NCBI GenBank assembly: GCA_020348925.1
Contig: CP070758.1
Coordinates: 186,001 to 250,000, forward strand
Origin: Gemmatimonadota bacterium
Lineage (GTDB): Bacteria > JBHIER01 > G020348925
Direction of reading: 5' to 3'
Length of the DNA stretch: 64,000 bases
The position numbers and the translations under genes were made by a program. This document shows, piece after piece, positions 53,260 to 64,000 of this stretch. Positions within the stretch are counted from its first letter, which is position 1, and each line of letters starts with the position of its first letter. The notes under the pieces were generated by a model. It did not search any database and was not told the origin of the DNA. It saw only the letters and a list, made by a program, of their open reading frames with translations.

Positions 53260-54462
53260 TTGAAGAGAACAATCTATCTGGAAAAACGGCCGTGGAGTGA
53301 AGCCCTTGAACTCTTTCTCGATACGTTCAGGGACATGTATCCGCTGCAAGGCGAGGAGGTACTTGTTGAACAAGCTTTGGACAGAATCGTCACCTCGGAT
53401 GTCACGGCCAGAATCTCTTCACCCCATTACGATGGTTCGGCCATGGATGGTGTCGCGGTTCGATCCGAAGACACCATCGGTGCCGATCTCTCCACGCCGA
53501 AGCAACTCAAAGTCGGCACAGAGACCCATTTCGTCGATACCGGTTCACCTCTCCCCCAGGGGTTCGATGCCGTCATACAGATCGAGGACGTCCATGAGAT
53601 TGATGACGAAACCATCGAAATTTACTCGCCCGTCGCCCCGTGGCATTACGTGAGAAGAATAGGAGAAGATGTCAAGGAGGGAGATCTCCTCCTTCGCCAA
53701 AACTCCCGAATCGGGCCTTACGACATCGCTACACTCTTGGCAGGAGGAGAAACAACAGTCACCGTCCGAAGCAAGCCAAAATTTGGCGTTTTGCCGACAG
53801 GTTCCGAACTGGTCGAACCGGGCAGCGCCCTGAAGCCCGGTGACATCATCGAATTCAATTCCCGCATGGTCAAAGCCCTCATCACCCAATGGAGCGGAAC
53901 GTGCCAGCGATATGCTATCGTCCCTGATGAATTCGAAACGGTGGAAACAAGCGTGAAGAAAATCTTAGAGGATAATGATGCGGCCATCATCATTGCCGGC
54001 TCATCAGCAGGGCGAAGGGATTTTACGCCTCAAGTCGTAGAAGAGTTGGGTGACATTATCGTCCACGGAGTGAACGTCATGCCGGGAAAACCTGTGGTTC
54101 TGGGTAGAATTGAAAACAAACCGGTCATAGGATTACCGGGCTATCCGGTCTCCGCTGCAGTCATTATGGATCTCTTTATCAAACCCCTCGTCTGCACGAT
54201 GCTCGGCACTCCCATAATAGAAAGACGAAAGATCCAAGCATCTTTGACTCAGAAGATCTACTCGAAACTGGGCATGGAAGAGTTCGTGAGGGTAACCATC
54301 AAGAAAGATAAGGAGAAAGTTATTGCTACTCCGTTAACACGAGGAGCAGGCGTGATCTCGTCTCTGGCCAAAGCCGACGGTATACTGCGCATTCCAGATA
54401 ATATGGAAGGACTGGAGGCAGGATCAGAGGTCGAAGTGGAGCTGCTCAAAGAGATATGGTGA
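53260..54462 (+). CDS. moeA: Molybdopterin molybdenum/tungsten transferase, paralogue 2
   Basis: SAMDGVAV, VDTGSPLP.GFDAV, PTGSEL, AGSSAG, MPGKP, GLPGYPVS. Confidence 0.93.
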   Translation: MKRTIYLEKRPWSEALELFLDTFRDMYPLQGEEVLVEQALDRIVTSDVTARISSPHYDGSAMDGVAVRSEDTIGADLSTPKQLKVGTETHFVDTGSPLPQGFDAVIQIEDVHEIDDETIEIYSPVAPWHYVRRIGEDVKEGDLLLRQNSRIGPYDIATLLAGGETTVTVRSKPKFGVLPTGSELVEPGSALKPGDIIEFNSRMVKALITQWSGTCQRYAIVPDEFETVETSVKKILEDNDAAIIIAGSSAGRRDFTPQVVEELGDIIVHGVNVMPGKPVVLGRIENKPVIGLPGYPVSAAVIMDLFIKPLVCTMLGTPIIERRKIQASLTQKIYSKLGMEEFVRVTIKKDKEKVIATPLTRGAGVISSLAKADGILRIPDNMEGLEAGSEVEVELLKEIW

Positions 54463-54469
54463 TTTCAAA

Positions 54470-55447
54470 ATGAAACCTTATAAAAACCCTTTCGGGGGTG
54501 CGATAGACTATTTAAGAATCTCAATTACCGACCGCTGCAATCTGAGATGTGTCTATTGCATGCCGCCGGAAGGTGTAACGCCCTCACCCCACGAGAGCAT
54601 TCTCACGTACGAGGAAATCTGCACGCTGGTCGAAATCGGAGTGCAGCATGGAATACGAAAGGTGCGTATCACAGGCGGCGAGCCCCTTGTCAGACGAGAT
54701 GTCATCAGTCTTATCACATCTCTCAACCAAATCTCCGGCCTGGAGGAGATCACCCTCACCACGAACGGGGTATGTATCAGCGAGTTTGCTCCTGACCTGA
54801 AAGCCGCTGGAATTTCTCGGATCAATATCTCCCTGGACACTTTGAGCCGGGAGAAATTTACCCGAATCACCCGTCGTGACGATCTCGATTCTGTGCTGCG
54901 TGGAATCGACACGGTTTTACAAATGGGCTTTGAACCGGTCAAGATCAACGTCGTGGCTATGAAGGGTTTGAACGACGATGAAATCGCTGACTTCGGAAAA
55001 CTGACCATTGACCGTTCTCTCCATGTGAGATTCATCGAATTTATGAGTCTGGGAGGATTCGCGCGAAAACACAGCAGCTACTTTTTCCCCGCCGATATGG
55101 TACAAAAGAGACTGGAGAGGGTGGGTCCGCTGGAACCGGTGAATCCGATAAAAGGCAACGGTCCTGCCAGGTATTTCACGTATCCCAACGCTCTGGGAAC
55201 GGTTGGGCTGATCAGTCCTCTCAGCCACGGCTTCTGTGAGATGTGCAACCGGTTGCGGGTGACCGCCGACGGAAAATTGAGACCGTGCCTTCTCTCCGAT
55301 GTCGAGCTCGACGTAAAAAGGGTCCTGCGTATGAATGGGGGCAAGGAGGCCGTTTCGAATCTTTTCCAACAGGCCATGGTTCAGAAAACGTTCAAACTTG
55401 AAATGAATAATAGTAATCATCGCTTTATGAGATCGATTGGAGGGTAG
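54470..55447 (+). CDS. moaA: GTP 3',8-cyclase
   Basis: [34 protein letters not shown]...C, C-terminal IGG. Confidence 0.97.
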   Translation: MKPYKNPFGGAIDYLRISITDRCNLRCVYCMPPEGVTPSPHESILTYEEICTLVEIGVQHGIRKVRITGGEPLVRRDVISLITSLNQISGLEEITLTTNGVCISEFAPDLKAAGISRINISLDTLSREKFTRITRRDDLDSVLRGIDTVLQMGFEPVKINVVAMKGLNDDEIADFGKLTIDRSLHVRFIEFMSLGGFARKHSSYFFPADMVQKRLERVGPLEPVNPIKGNGPARYFTYPNALGTVGLISPLSHGFCEMCNRLRVTADGKLRPCLLSDVELDVKRVLRMNGGKEAVSNLFQQAMVQKTFKLEMNNSNHRFMRSIGG

Positions 55448-55451
55448 TATT

Positions 55452-55940
55452 TTGAATGATAAAATACAAGAAACACCAAAATTGACCCACCTCGATGAAG
55501 AGGGCCGGGCCAAAATGGTGGATGTCACGGACAAGGCCGTCACGAAAAGAATAGCTGTGGCGGAGGGAGAGATCAGGTTGCGGCCGGAGACATTGCGGCT
55601 CATAGCGAATAAGGCTATTCCAAAGGGAGACGCCTTCGGTGTGGCACGGATCGCCGGCATCTCCGCCGCAAAAAAAACAGGCGAACTCATCCCGCTGTGC
55701 CACCCCCTGCCCATCACCCACGTCGATATCGACTTTCATATCGATGAAGCGAAGGGCCACGTTCGCATCCGGTCGAAAGTCTCGGTGGAGGCGAAAACAG
55801 GCATAGAGATGGAGGCCCTGACGGCTGTCTCGGTTGCGGCATTGACGATATACGATATGTGCAAGGCCGTCGATAAGACCATGGTGATTTCGGATATTCG
55901 GTTGATAGAGAAAAAAGGAGGCAAAAGTGGATCGGCCTAA
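55452..55940 (+). CDS. moaC: Cyclic pyranopterin monophosphate synthase
   Basis: [43 protein letters not shown] start after GGAGGG. Confidence 0.96.
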   Translation: MNDKIQETPKLTHLDEEGRAKMVDVTDKAVTKRIAVAEGEIRLRPETLRLIANKAIPKGDAFGVARIAGISAAKKTGELIPLCHPLPITHVDIDFHIDEAKGHVRIRSKVSVEAKTGIEMEALTAVSVAALTIYDMCKAVDKTMVISDIRLIEKKGGKSGSA

Positions 55941-56364
55941 AGTCATCTCGGTGAACATCAGCGATACGAAAGGGGTGAGAAAGACACCGATACCTGAGGG
56001 GCAGCTCGAGGTGGGGATCGGTCTGGTGGACGACGGCCATTCCGGCACCGACAGGCAGGTCAGTCTTTTGGCCATGGAAAGTATCGAGAAGATGCGGCAG
56101 AAAGGATTGGATGTGAATCCCGGTGACTTCGCCGAAAACATCACCACGGAGGGCATCGACCTCATGGCCTTCCCCATCGGTACGAAGCTATCGATTGGGG
56201 AACATATTCTTTTGAAGATCACTCAGAAGGGCAAGGAATGTCCCGAGCCGTGCGCCATCTACTACCAGGCTGGTGAATGCGTCATGCCCAAGGAGGGCAT
56301 CTTCGCTGATGTAATCACCGGAGGCAAAATCGCTCCTGGTGATTCGATAGAGGTTTTAGAATGA
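55927..56364 (+). CDS. MOSC domain protein
   Basis: [25 protein letters not shown]...CAIY...G.CVMP.EGIF. Confidence 0.9.
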   Translation: MDRPKVISVNISDTKGVRKTPIPEGQLEVGIGLVDDGHSGTDRQVSLLAMESIEKMRQKGLDVNPGDFAENITTEGIDLMAFPIGTKLSIGEHILLKITQKGKECPEPCAIYYQAGECVMPKEGIFADVITGGKIAPGDSIEVLE

Positions 56365-56419
56365 GGATCATCTCTAAGTTAAGATCTAAGTTTTCTCTGC
56401 TGAGGAAGACAGATAAAGT

Positions 56420-56605
56420 GCCCTGAAGGCTGAGCCGTTAGAGCGACAGGCAAGCGAAGCGTCGTTTTTACGGTGTCTGAGTCCCTGCGTAAGCGGGGAC
56501 GAGTTTCGGAAAAACAGCGAAGCGAGCCGTAGATGGTCCCGGCGAAGGCTTTGGGCTGGATTTTCTTTTTGCTTCTTTTTCTTTGGACAGCAAAGAAAAA
56601 GAAGA
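56420..56605. repeat. MITE-like intergenic element
   Basis: Repeated GCGAAGCG motifs, GTCCC..GGGAC hairpin and terminal CTTCTTTTTCTTTG-GACAG-CAAAGAAAAAGAAG palindrome. Confidence 0.45.
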
Positions 56606-57100
56606 ATCGTCATCTCGATCTTAAGACATCAACCTTTGTTCATCTTCAAGACATTCGTGGTGTTTTAGACATTGCCTTCAACCAAAATGGAGAAGAATCT
56701 AATTTTGAAACAAGTATGATTTCTCCGTATCTTTCGAAAATTACACTGTATTCACTGCGAGCAACGCGGATCGTGACGCTATTGTAGACGGTACAGAGGT
56801 GCTACCCGGCGACCAGAGCGCAGAGTTGGGCACAGAGCAAGGCGGCGTAGGTACCGATCANNNNNNNNNNNNNNNNNNNNNNNNNNNNNNNNNNNNNNNN
56901 NNNNNNNNNNNNNNNNNNNNNNNNNNNNNNNNNNNNNNNNNNNNNNNNNNNNNNNNNNNNCCGGCACTTGCGCACGCTGAAGGTAGGACAGGCCGGCCAC
57001 TGAAACGTCCAGCAGGGGGAAGTTGGACGACATGATGAGTTGTCCGGGTATCTAAGCAGATGAAAGCATATCATAATCGGAAGCGAAAGTCAAGAAATAA

Positions 57101-57148
57101 ATGCGTAGATGTGTTGATGCGTGGATGCGAATATGCGTTGATGCGAAA
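57101..57148. repeat. Degenerate 8-bp tandem repeat (ATGCGTTG-like, 6 units)
   Basis: atgcgtag atgtgttg atgcgtgg atgcgaat atgcgttg atgcgaaa. Confidence 0.7.
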
Positions 57149-57433
57149 ATGACGGAGAAAGGAGACCGAATACATTGTGCAGAAATCTAGCAGGTTGCAG
57201 AAATGAAATCTTTCCCCCTTTGCAATAATCGCTTAGACTCACAACCGTGATGGGCTCTCTTTCTATTCAAATATTATCAGTGGATTTCAGTTTGAATCAC
57301 TGAATTCTCTTCCAGAAGGTTCTGGGAGAAATAATTTCCATCTTTTTGATCTTTTTTAATCCGAGAAGCTTCCCATCTTCGGTCACAATGAGATCCGCAT
57401 TACTTTCTTCCTCAAAGACAAACGGACCCTCTT

Positions 57434-57521
57434 TATCATTCTGAACGGAGGAACGCGGAGTGAGGAATCTTACTCGGATGGCGAGAGATTCTTCGTCCGA
57501 TAAATCGAACTCAGAATGACA
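57434..57521. repeat. Palindromic repeat family A, copy 2
   Basis: TCATTCTGAACGGAG...GAGATTCTTCGTCCGATAAATCGAACTCAGAATGAC. Confidence 0.85.
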
Positions 57522-57563
57522 GGCATGGCACACTTGTTAACAAGAATCGCTCAGTATGGATTC

Positions 57564-58865
57564 TTATCGGGCAAGGTTCGTCAACGTTTCGAAAAAATTT
57601 GGGAAAGAGACATCGACGCAATCAGCGTTTGTAATATTCGTTTCACCCTCGGCCACCAGGCCGGCCACGGCCAGGGCCATGGCGATACGATGGTCGTCGT
57701 GGCTGTGGCATTTGGCCCCGCGTAATTCAGTCGGTCCTTCAACCGAGAACCCGTCGTCGGATTCTTCGATCTTCGCTCCCAATTTCGACAGCTCTTCCAC
57801 ACTAGCCCGGATCCGGTCGGTCTCTTTGACCCTCAATTCCTGGGCATCCCGGACGACAGTCTTCCCTTTCGCCTGGGTGGCAGCCACGGCAATAACAGGC
57901 AACTCGTCGATCACCCTCGGAATCATCCCCCCGTGAATGTCAATGCCTCGCAGCTCGCTGCTCTCCACCTGAAGGTCGGCCACCGGCTCACCGCCCTCAG
58001 CACGTTCATTGGCAACGGAGATGTTCCCCCCCATTTCGCTGAGCACATCGATGATCCCAGTCCGGGTGGGATTTACGCCCACACCCCGAATGGTGACTTG
58101 AGAATCGGGGCAGACGAGGCCGGAAACCAGAAAAAAAGCCGCGGAGGAAATGTCACCCGGGACCTCAAGATCCAAGGGTGAAAGCTCCCCTCCCCCACGA
58201 ATCGCGATATTGCCATCCGAGGATTTCACCTCTTTTCCCATACAGCGAAGCATTCGCTCGGTATGATCGCGGGTCGGAGCCGGCTCTTTTACTACAGTCT
58301 CCCCCGTAGTGTACAATCCGGCCAGGAGAAGAGCCGACTTCACCTGGGCGCTGGCAACTGGAAGGGTATACGAACTGGGATTGAGATCGCTGCCCATAAT
58401 GGACAACGGGGCGAAGCGTCCATCCTCACGCCCAAAAATTTTGGCTCCCATCTCCCTCAGAGGACCCACCACCCTCAGCATGGGCCGGCGCCGGATCGAA
58501 TCGTCGCCTGTGAGAACTGCGTGGAATTCCTGACCTGCTAACAATCCGGATAGAAGACGTATCGTCGTCCCGGAATTGGAGACATTGAGCACGTCCTGTG
58601 GTTCCTTCAAACCGTGCAGACCGACGCCGCCGATCTCCAGTGTCGAGCCATTCGGCTCTATGATTTCAACCCCCAGGGCCTTCATGCAGCGCATCGTGCT
58701 CAGACAGTCCTGGGATCTGAGAAAATTCCGAACCCGGCTGATCCCGTGAGAGATCGATCCGAGAAGGACGGCCCGGTGAGAGATGGATTTGTCCCCCGGC
58801 ACGGGCAGTGTCCCAGCAAGTCCTTCAACCCGTTTGATCCTTTGACAGTCACCGCTCGACTTCAC
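57564..58865 (-). CDS. aroA: 3-phosphoshikimate 1-carboxyvinyltransferase
   Basis: PGDKSISHR, NSGTT.RL, RRPM, ASAQVKS, RDHTERML, KETDRI, DHRIAM. Confidence 0.97.
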   Translation of the reverse strand: MKSSGDCQRIKRVEGLAGTLPVPGDKSISHRAVLLGSISHGISRVRNFLRSQDCLSTMRCMKALGVEIIEPNGSTLEIGGVGLHGLKEPQDVLNVSNSGTTIRLLSGLLAGQEFHAVLTGDDSIRRRPMLRVVGPLREMGAKIFGREDGRFAPLSIMGSDLNPSSYTLPVASAQVKSALLLAGLYTTGETVVKEPAPTRDHTERMLRCMGKEVKSSDGNIAIRGGGELSPLDLEVPGDISSAAFFLVSGLVCPDSQVTIRGVGVNPTRTGIIDVLSEMGGNISVANERAEGGEPVADLQVESSELRGIDIHGGMIPRVIDELPVIAVAATQAKGKTVVRDAQELRVKETDRIRASVEELSKLGAKIEESDDGFSVEGPTELRGAKCHSHDDHRIAMALAVAGLVAEGETNITNADCVDVSFPNFFETLTNLAR

Positions 58866-59875
58866 AGCTGCCTCCCCAGTGCAGCAGAGAGTGCCCTCAT
58901 CTCCACCATCAGTTGGGCGAAGGATTCAGGCGTCAGAGACTGATATCCGTCGGAAAGGGCTTCATCCGGATTGGGATGAACTTCCACCATAATGCCATCT
59001 GCCCCGGCGGCGATGGCTGCTCTGGCCATGGGGATGACCATGTCTCGCTTACCGGTCGCATGGCTCGGGTCGACAATGATCGGCAAATGGCTGACGCGCT
59101 TTACCTCGGGAATGGTGCTCAAGTCCATCGTAAACCGCGTGTAATTATTGAAGGTCCGCACGCCCCGCTCACACAGAATGACGTTGTAATTGCCCTCAGA
59201 CATGACGTACTCGGCGGCCATGAGAAACTCATCCAGCGTGGCCGATATGCCCCGCTTCAACAGCACTGGGCGCTTCGATTTCCCGACCCGTTTCAGCAGA
59301 GAGAAGTTCTGCATGTTGCGGGCACCCACCTGGAGAATATCGGCGTAAGCCTCAACCAGGGTGACGTTTTCCGGATCGATGGTCTCGGTGACGATCATGA
59401 GGCCGGTCTCCTCTCTGGCCTGGGCCAGGATCTTCAGTCCGCTCTCGCCGAGCCCCTGAAAATTGTAGGGCGAAGTGCGCGGTTTGAACGCACCGCCCCG
59501 CAGGACTGTTGCCCCGGCCTCTTTCACAGCGTGGGCCGCCTCCATCAGTTGTTCCCTCGACTCGACAGCGCAGGGACCGGCCATAACGACGAGCCGCTCC
59601 CCGCCAATATTCATTCCGTTCAGCTCGATGACGGTCTCATCCGGTTTAAATTCGCGCCCCACCAGCTTATACGGATCGGTTACCCGGATGACTTTGACCA
59701 CCCCGGGCAATTGCTGAAGACGCTCCGGGTCAATAGCGCCCTTGTCCCCCGTAATACCCACGGCCGTTCGCTGAGAACCAGGAATAGGATGCGGCGACAA
59801 CCCGGCTTGCCGTATCTCCTCGCATACACGTTCCAGCTGCTCCTGTGTTGCATGGACATTCATGACGACTAACAT
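58862..59875 (-). CDS. aroF: DAHP synthase (type I-beta, with N-terminal regulatory domain)
   Basis: AGPCAVES, GGAFKPRTSPY, GARNMQN, LKRG, CERG, DPSH, EVHP. Confidence 0.96.
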   Translation of the reverse strand: MLVVMNVHATQEQLERVCEEIRQAGLSPHPIPGSQRTAVGITGDKGAIDPERLQQLPGVVKVIRVTDPYKLVGREFKPDETVIELNGMNIGGERLVVMAGPCAVESREQLMEAAHAVKEAGATVLRGGAFKPRTSPYNFQGLGESGLKILAQAREETGLMIVTETIDPENVTLVEAYADILQVGARNMQNFSLLKRVGKSKRPVLLKRGISATLDEFLMAAEYVMSEGNYNVILCERGVRTFNNYTRFTMDLSTIPEVKRVSHLPIIVDPSHATGKRDMVIPMARAAIAAGADGIMVEVHPNPDEALSDGYQSLTPESFAQLMVEMRALSAALGRQL

Positions 59876-59975
59876 TTCGATTCCCCCTTTATTTTTGCGG
59901 GACATCCACTGTCCCGAGAGTTTCAATCTATATCATACCCAAGCTGAGCGACTTTTTTGATCAATGTACCGGATT

Positions 59976-60063
59976 TGTCATTCTGAACGGAGCATCGCGA
60001 AGTGAAGAATCTTACTCACAAGATAAGAGATTCTTCGTCCGATAAATCGAACTCAGAATGACA
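59976..60063. repeat. Palindromic repeat family A, copy 3
   Basis: 3' half identical to the 57434 copy. Confidence 0.85.
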
Positions 60064-60098
60064 TTTAAGGTATATCTTTTACAAAAGAACTAATTCAT

Positions 60099-60899
60099 TT
60101 AAGTCATATTTATACGCCTCTTCATCCCCTTCACAAACGATCCGATTTCCCGTGCCATCTCTTCAAAATCTTTCGCTCTCTCAATAATATTCACCAGGGC
60201 ACTGCCAACGATAACCCCATCGGCCCATTGGGCCACCTGTCGGGCCTGCTCCGGTGTCGCTATGCCGAAGCCTACGGCCAGCGGTTTTACTGTGCACGCT
60301 CTGACACGCTGGATAAAACCATTCAAACCCTCATACATTTCCCTCCTGGCGCCAGTGACACCGGTCACCGAGACACAGTAGATAAATCCCGAGGAGTATT
60401 CTTCCACCATTCTGATCCTCTCCAAAGTCGATGTTGGAGCGACGAGAAAAATGAGATTGAGATCCATTGTATCCGAAATATTTCGACATTCCGCAGCCTC
60501 CTCAGGAGGCAAATCGGGAATAATGACACCGTCCACGCCTGCCTTGCTGGCATCATCGACAAAGGCCTCAATCCCATAGTGCATAATTGGGTTATAATAG
60601 GACATGAGGGCCAGGGGAAGGGACGTCCTGGTCCTGATCTCTGCGGCGGCTTGCAGGATGGCTTGAAGGCTTGCACCCTTTCCGAGGGCCCGTTGAGACG
60701 CCCTCTGTATCGTCGTCCCGTCGGCCAGTGGATCGGAGAAGGGGACGCCCAGTTCGACGATGTCGGCCCCATTGTCCTCCAACACCGGGACAAGCTTCAG
60801 TGTTGTCTCTATATCGGGATCTCCGGCCGTAATATACGTGATAAGGGCTTTCGATTCCTTTTTTAAAAGAACTTTGAATGTCTCATCGATGCGACTCAT
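60099..60899 (-). CDS. trpA: Tryptophan synthase alpha chain
   Basis: [39 protein letters not shown]. Confidence 0.97.
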   Translation of the reverse strand: MSRIDETFKVLLKKESKALITYITAGDPDIETTLKLVPVLEDNGADIVELGVPFSDPLADGTTIQRASQRALGKGASLQAILQAAAEIRTRTSLPLALMSYYNPIMHYGIEAFVDDASKAGVDGVIIPDLPPEEAAECRNISDTMDLNLIFLVAPTSTLERIRMVEEYSSGFIYCVSVTGVTGARREMYEGLNGFIQRVRACTVKPLAVGFGIATPEQARQVAQWADGVIVGSALVNIIERAKDFEEMAREIGSFVKGMKRRINMT

Positions 60900-62085
60900 T
60901 TTTCTTCCTCAAGGCTTCAGCTACCACATGAACATCCTTGTCTCCCCTGCCGGACAGGGAAACGACGACGATCTTATTGCGCAATTCCGGCGATATTCTT
61001 TCGAGATAGGCTATGGCGTGCGATGGCTCCAGAGCCGGCAGGATCCCCTCCAATTCACTCAACAGTTGAAAGGCCCTCAAGGCCTCTTCATCCGTAGCCG
61101 ATCCATAGTGCACTCTGCCGGTTGATTTCAGAAAGCTGTGTTCCGGACCGACCCCGGGATAATCCAGGCCGGCCGAAATAGAGTGCGCAGGCAAAACCTG
61201 ACCATCAGTATCTTGAAGAAGGTAGCTCATCGAACCGTGGAGCACTCCCGGAGATCCGCAGCTCAACGTGGCGGCGTGCTTGTCCGTATCCAGACCAAAC
61301 CCACCTCCCTCCACCCCGATGAGACGGACCTCATCATCCAAAAAGGGATAGAACATTCCGATGGCATTGCTGCCGCCGCCGACGCAGGCGATGATGGAAT
61401 CCGGTAGCCTCTCTTCTGCTTCCATAATCTGCTCTTTCGTCTCCCGGCCAATCACGGATTGAAAATCCCTGACCATCACCGGATAGGGATGCGGTCCGAC
61501 GACCGATCCGATAACATAGTACGTATCATGGACGTTGGTCACCCAATCCCGGATGGCTTCGTTGATGGCATCCTTCAGCGTTCTGCTGCCGGAGTCCACA
61601 GCAATGACATCGGCCCCCAGCAACTGCATTCTGAAGACATTCAGTTCCTGCCGCTCCACATCCTCCGAACCCATGTAGACGTGGCACTCCAGGCCGAACA
61701 GTGCCGCCACGGTGGCTGTGGCGACGCCGTGCTGGCCGGCACCCGTCTCAGCAATAATTCGCCTCTTTCCCAATCGTTTCGCCAGAAGAATCTGGCCCAG
61801 GGTATTGTTGATCTTGTGGGAGCCGGTATGGGTCAAATCCTCCCGCTTCAGATAAATCTTCCCGCCGCACCTCTCCGACAGCCTGCGGGCATAGGAGAGC
61901 GGGGTCGGTCTCCCGGCATAGGCCGAGAGGTAGGAGGAGAGTTCGGACCGAAACTCCGAAGAATCCCTCATGGCCGCGTACTCTCTCTCCAGCTCATCCA
62001 GAGCCGACATCAGGGTCTCGGGGACGAACCGCCCCCCGAAAGGACCGAAATGGCCCTTCTCATCCGGGCGTGTGGATTGTTTCAC
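60883..62085 (-). CDS. trpB: Tryptophan synthase beta chain
   Basis: [45 protein letters not shown]. Confidence 0.98.
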   Translation of the reverse strand: MKQSTRPDEKGHFGPFGGRFVPETLMSALDELEREYAAMRDSSEFRSELSSYLSAYAGRPTPLSYARRLSERCGGKIYLKREDLTHTGSHKINNTLGQILLAKRLGKRRIIAETGAGQHGVATATVAALFGLECHVYMGSEDVERQELNVFRMQLLGADVIAVDSGSRTLKDAINEAIRDWVTNVHDTYYVIGSVVGPHPYPVMVRDFQSVIGRETKEQIMEAEERLPDSIIACVGGGSNAIGMFYPFLDDEVRLIGVEGGGFGLDTDKHAATLSCGSPGVLHGSMSYLLQDTDGQVLPAHSISAGLDYPGVGPEHSFLKSTGRVHYGSATDEEALRAFQLLSELEGILPALEPSHAIAYLERISPELRNKIVVVSLSGRGDKDVHVVAEALRKKNESHR

Positions 62086-62534
62086 TTGTCAGTCCCCTGT
62101 TGTTTCAAATGTCCCTGCAGGGCCTGCAAACCCAACAGGTAACTGTCAGTTCCGAATCCGGATATCTGCCCCAGCGCCACCGGAGCAATGAGGGATACGT
62201 GGCGGAATTCCTCCCGGGCATGAATGTTCGAAAGGTGCACCTCAACGGCAGGTACGCCCACGGCCGCCACGGCGTCACGGATGGCCACGCTGGTGTGCGT
62301 GTAGGCCGCCGGATTGATGAGGATGCCATCGGCCCAATCGGCCGCCTCACCGATGGCATCGACAAGAGCCCCTTCGTGGTTGGACTGGACGATCTTGACT
62401 TTCACGCCCTCTTGTTCAGCCCAATCCTGAACGGCCGCATTGATCTCTTCGAGAGTTTTTTCACCGTAAACAGCCATCTCTCTCCGGCCCAAAAGATTGA
62501 GGTTCGGGCCGTGAATTAACAGAATTCGCATCAT
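62082..62534 (-). CDS. aroQ: Type II 3-dehydroquinate dehydratase
   Basis: [35 protein letters not shown]. Confidence 0.97.
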   Translation of the reverse strand: MMRILLIHGPNLNLLGRREMAVYGEKTLEEINAAVQDWAEQEGVKVKIVQSNHEGALVDAIGEAADWADGILINPAAYTHTSVAIRDAVAAVGVPAVEVHLSNIHAREEFRHVSLIAPVALGQISGFGTDSYLLGLQALQGHLKQQGTDK

Positions 62535-63616
62535 AGGGAACGCTCCTTCAAAGTTTTTCGTATCACGTCATCCGGCACTGTGTCGGTTATCATCACTTGC
62601 CCGATCTCCCTGGGCAGCACAAACCGAACCTTGCCGTCGCGTACTTTTTTATCGTGACGGAGAAACTCGATAACAGCATCCGCGCTCACGTTCCTGATCC
62701 GCGTGGGCAGATGTGCTCTCTCGATGAGGTTGCTGAGCCTCTCCGAGGTTTTGACCGACGTGACGTTCAGTCGCACTCCAATATCCGTCGCACAGATCAT
62801 CCCCAAGGCCACAGCCTCACCGTGCCGGTACCGGGAATAATTTGTAGCCGTCTCTATGGCATGGCCGATGGTATGACCGAAATTCAACAGCGCTCGCTGC
62901 CCCTCATCCCTTTCATCCTTGGTCACAATAGAGGCTTTGATCTCGCACGAACGTTTCACGACAGTGTGCAGTCCATTCGCCTCAAGGTTCAAGAGTGAAT
63001 CAAGATGCGTTTCGATGTATTCGAAAAGAGAGGCATCCTTGATGACACCGTACTTGATCACCTCCGCCAAGCCGGCCCTCATCTCTCTCTCAGGCAGTGT
63101 GTCTAAAACACTGAGACTGATGATGACACATCTGGGTTGATAAAAACTGCCGATCATGTTCTTCCCTCGCGGGTGATCCACAGCCACCTTCCCCCCGACG
63201 CTGGCATCCACCTGGGCCAACAACGTCGTTGGCACCTGCACAAAAGGGATACCCCGTTTGAATGTCGCCGCCACGAAACCGGCCAGATCACCGAGCACAC
63301 CTCCCCCCAGAGCGACGATTGTCGAGCTTCGATCAATTCTGTTATCCATAAGAGAATCATACAGCGTATTCGCATATTCCAGAGTCTTGTACTCCTCGCC
63401 GTCCGGAACGACTCTGGAGGATACTCCGTACCCTTCCCCATGAAATCCCTCAAGGACATCCTCCAGATACATGCTTCCCACCGTGGGATTTGTAAAGACC
63501 ATGACCCTCCCGGTAATACCATTTTTTTTCAAAAGTTCACCGACCCGGCCAAGGATGTCTCCCCCGATATAGATGGGGTAGCTCCTGTCGCCCAGTTCAA
63601 CCTGTACGTGGTCCAT
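62531..63616 (-). CDS. aroB: 3-dehydroquinate synthase
   Basis: [41 protein letters not shown] 63616 after AGGAG. Confidence 0.97.
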   Translation of the reverse strand: MDHVQVELGDRSYPIYIGGDILGRVGELLKKNGITGRVMVFTNPTVGSMYLEDVLEGFHGEGYGVSSRVVPDGEEYKTLEYANTLYDSLMDNRIDRSSTIVALGGGVLGDLAGFVAATFKRGIPFVQVPTTLLAQVDASVGGKVAVDHPRGKNMIGSFYQPRCVIISLSVLDTLPEREMRAGLAEVIKYGVIKDASLFEYIETHLDSLLNLEANGLHTVVKRSCEIKASIVTKDERDEGQRALLNFGHTIGHAIETATNYSRYRHGEAVALGMICATDIGVRLNVTSVKTSERLSNLIERAHLPTRIRNVSADAVIEFLRHDKKVRDGKVRFVLPREIGQVMITDTVPDDVIRKTLKERSL

Positions 63617-64000
63617 GGCATGACTCCTGGAGGTAACGGATGATTTTCCCCGCGACGTCTTCAACATCAAGATCGGACGTGTCAATTTCGCAGTGGGCTT
63701 GGGTGTAAAAGGGTCTTCTCTCATTCAGCAGATGCTCGATCCGTATTTTCCGGTCCCCGGTCTCAAGCAACGGTCGATGATGTGTATCCCTGGTCCTTTC
63801 CAGGATCACATCAGGCCTCGCGAAAAGGTGAATCATGCACCCCAACTTCTTCAGAGTCGCCACGTTTCGGCTATCCAGAACAACACCTCCACCTGTAGCA
63901 ACGACGAGGCCACGACGGTTCGAGATTTGGGACACGATGCCCCTCTCGACCTCCCTGAAAAAGCGCTCACCGAATCGTTCGAAGATCTCGTTCACGGACA
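63597..64000 (-). CDS. aroK: Shikimate kinase, 5' partial
   Basis: IFE..GE..FR..E, VATGGG.V, RPLL, R..FY. Confidence 0.92.
   Translation of the reverse strand, partial: SVNEIFERFGERFFREVERGIVSQISNRRGLVVATGGGVVLDSRNVATLKKLGCMIHLFARPDVILERTRDTHHRPLLETGDRKIRIEHLLNERRPFYTQAHCEIDTSDLDVEDVAGKIIRYLQESCHGPRTG

Noticed and set aside
56470-56515. CTGAG...GACGAG hairpin resembling a hammerhead core
   Set aside because: Lacks the CUGANGA/GAAA consensus; better explained as a MITE-like repeat

Overview
Bacterial scaffold split by six 100-N gaps (10672-10771, 14474-14573, 21981-22080, 27703-27802, 32134-32233, 56861-56960), so synteny across gaps is unproven. Lipid A genes plus many NYPNPFN-type C-terminal domains suggest a diderm FCB-group or candidate-phylum organism (inference). 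Housekeeping blocks: lipid A/Kdo-nadA-nadB-guaA; an arsR-acr3-permease-thioredoxin-ccdA operon; a Moco/Tuco riboswitch-led tungstate/molybdate transport and cofactor operon; and an aro/trp operon. Accessory content: two exported proteins sharing an unrecognised Trp-rich C-terminal domain, a partial hsdM, a decayed integron-cassette array, a gingipain-like C25 protease, a cohesin protein, a tail-fibre-like protein, and a tandem array of six secreted modular proteins with a shared dockerin + helical linker + NYPNPFN tail. Top finding: the last array gene really starts at 45715 and has an in-frame TGA at the first position of a thioredoxin-type motif (UxxC), followed by a SECIS-like hairpin. It is a probable secreted, dockerin-bearing Omp28-like selenoprotein that the ORF track truncates.
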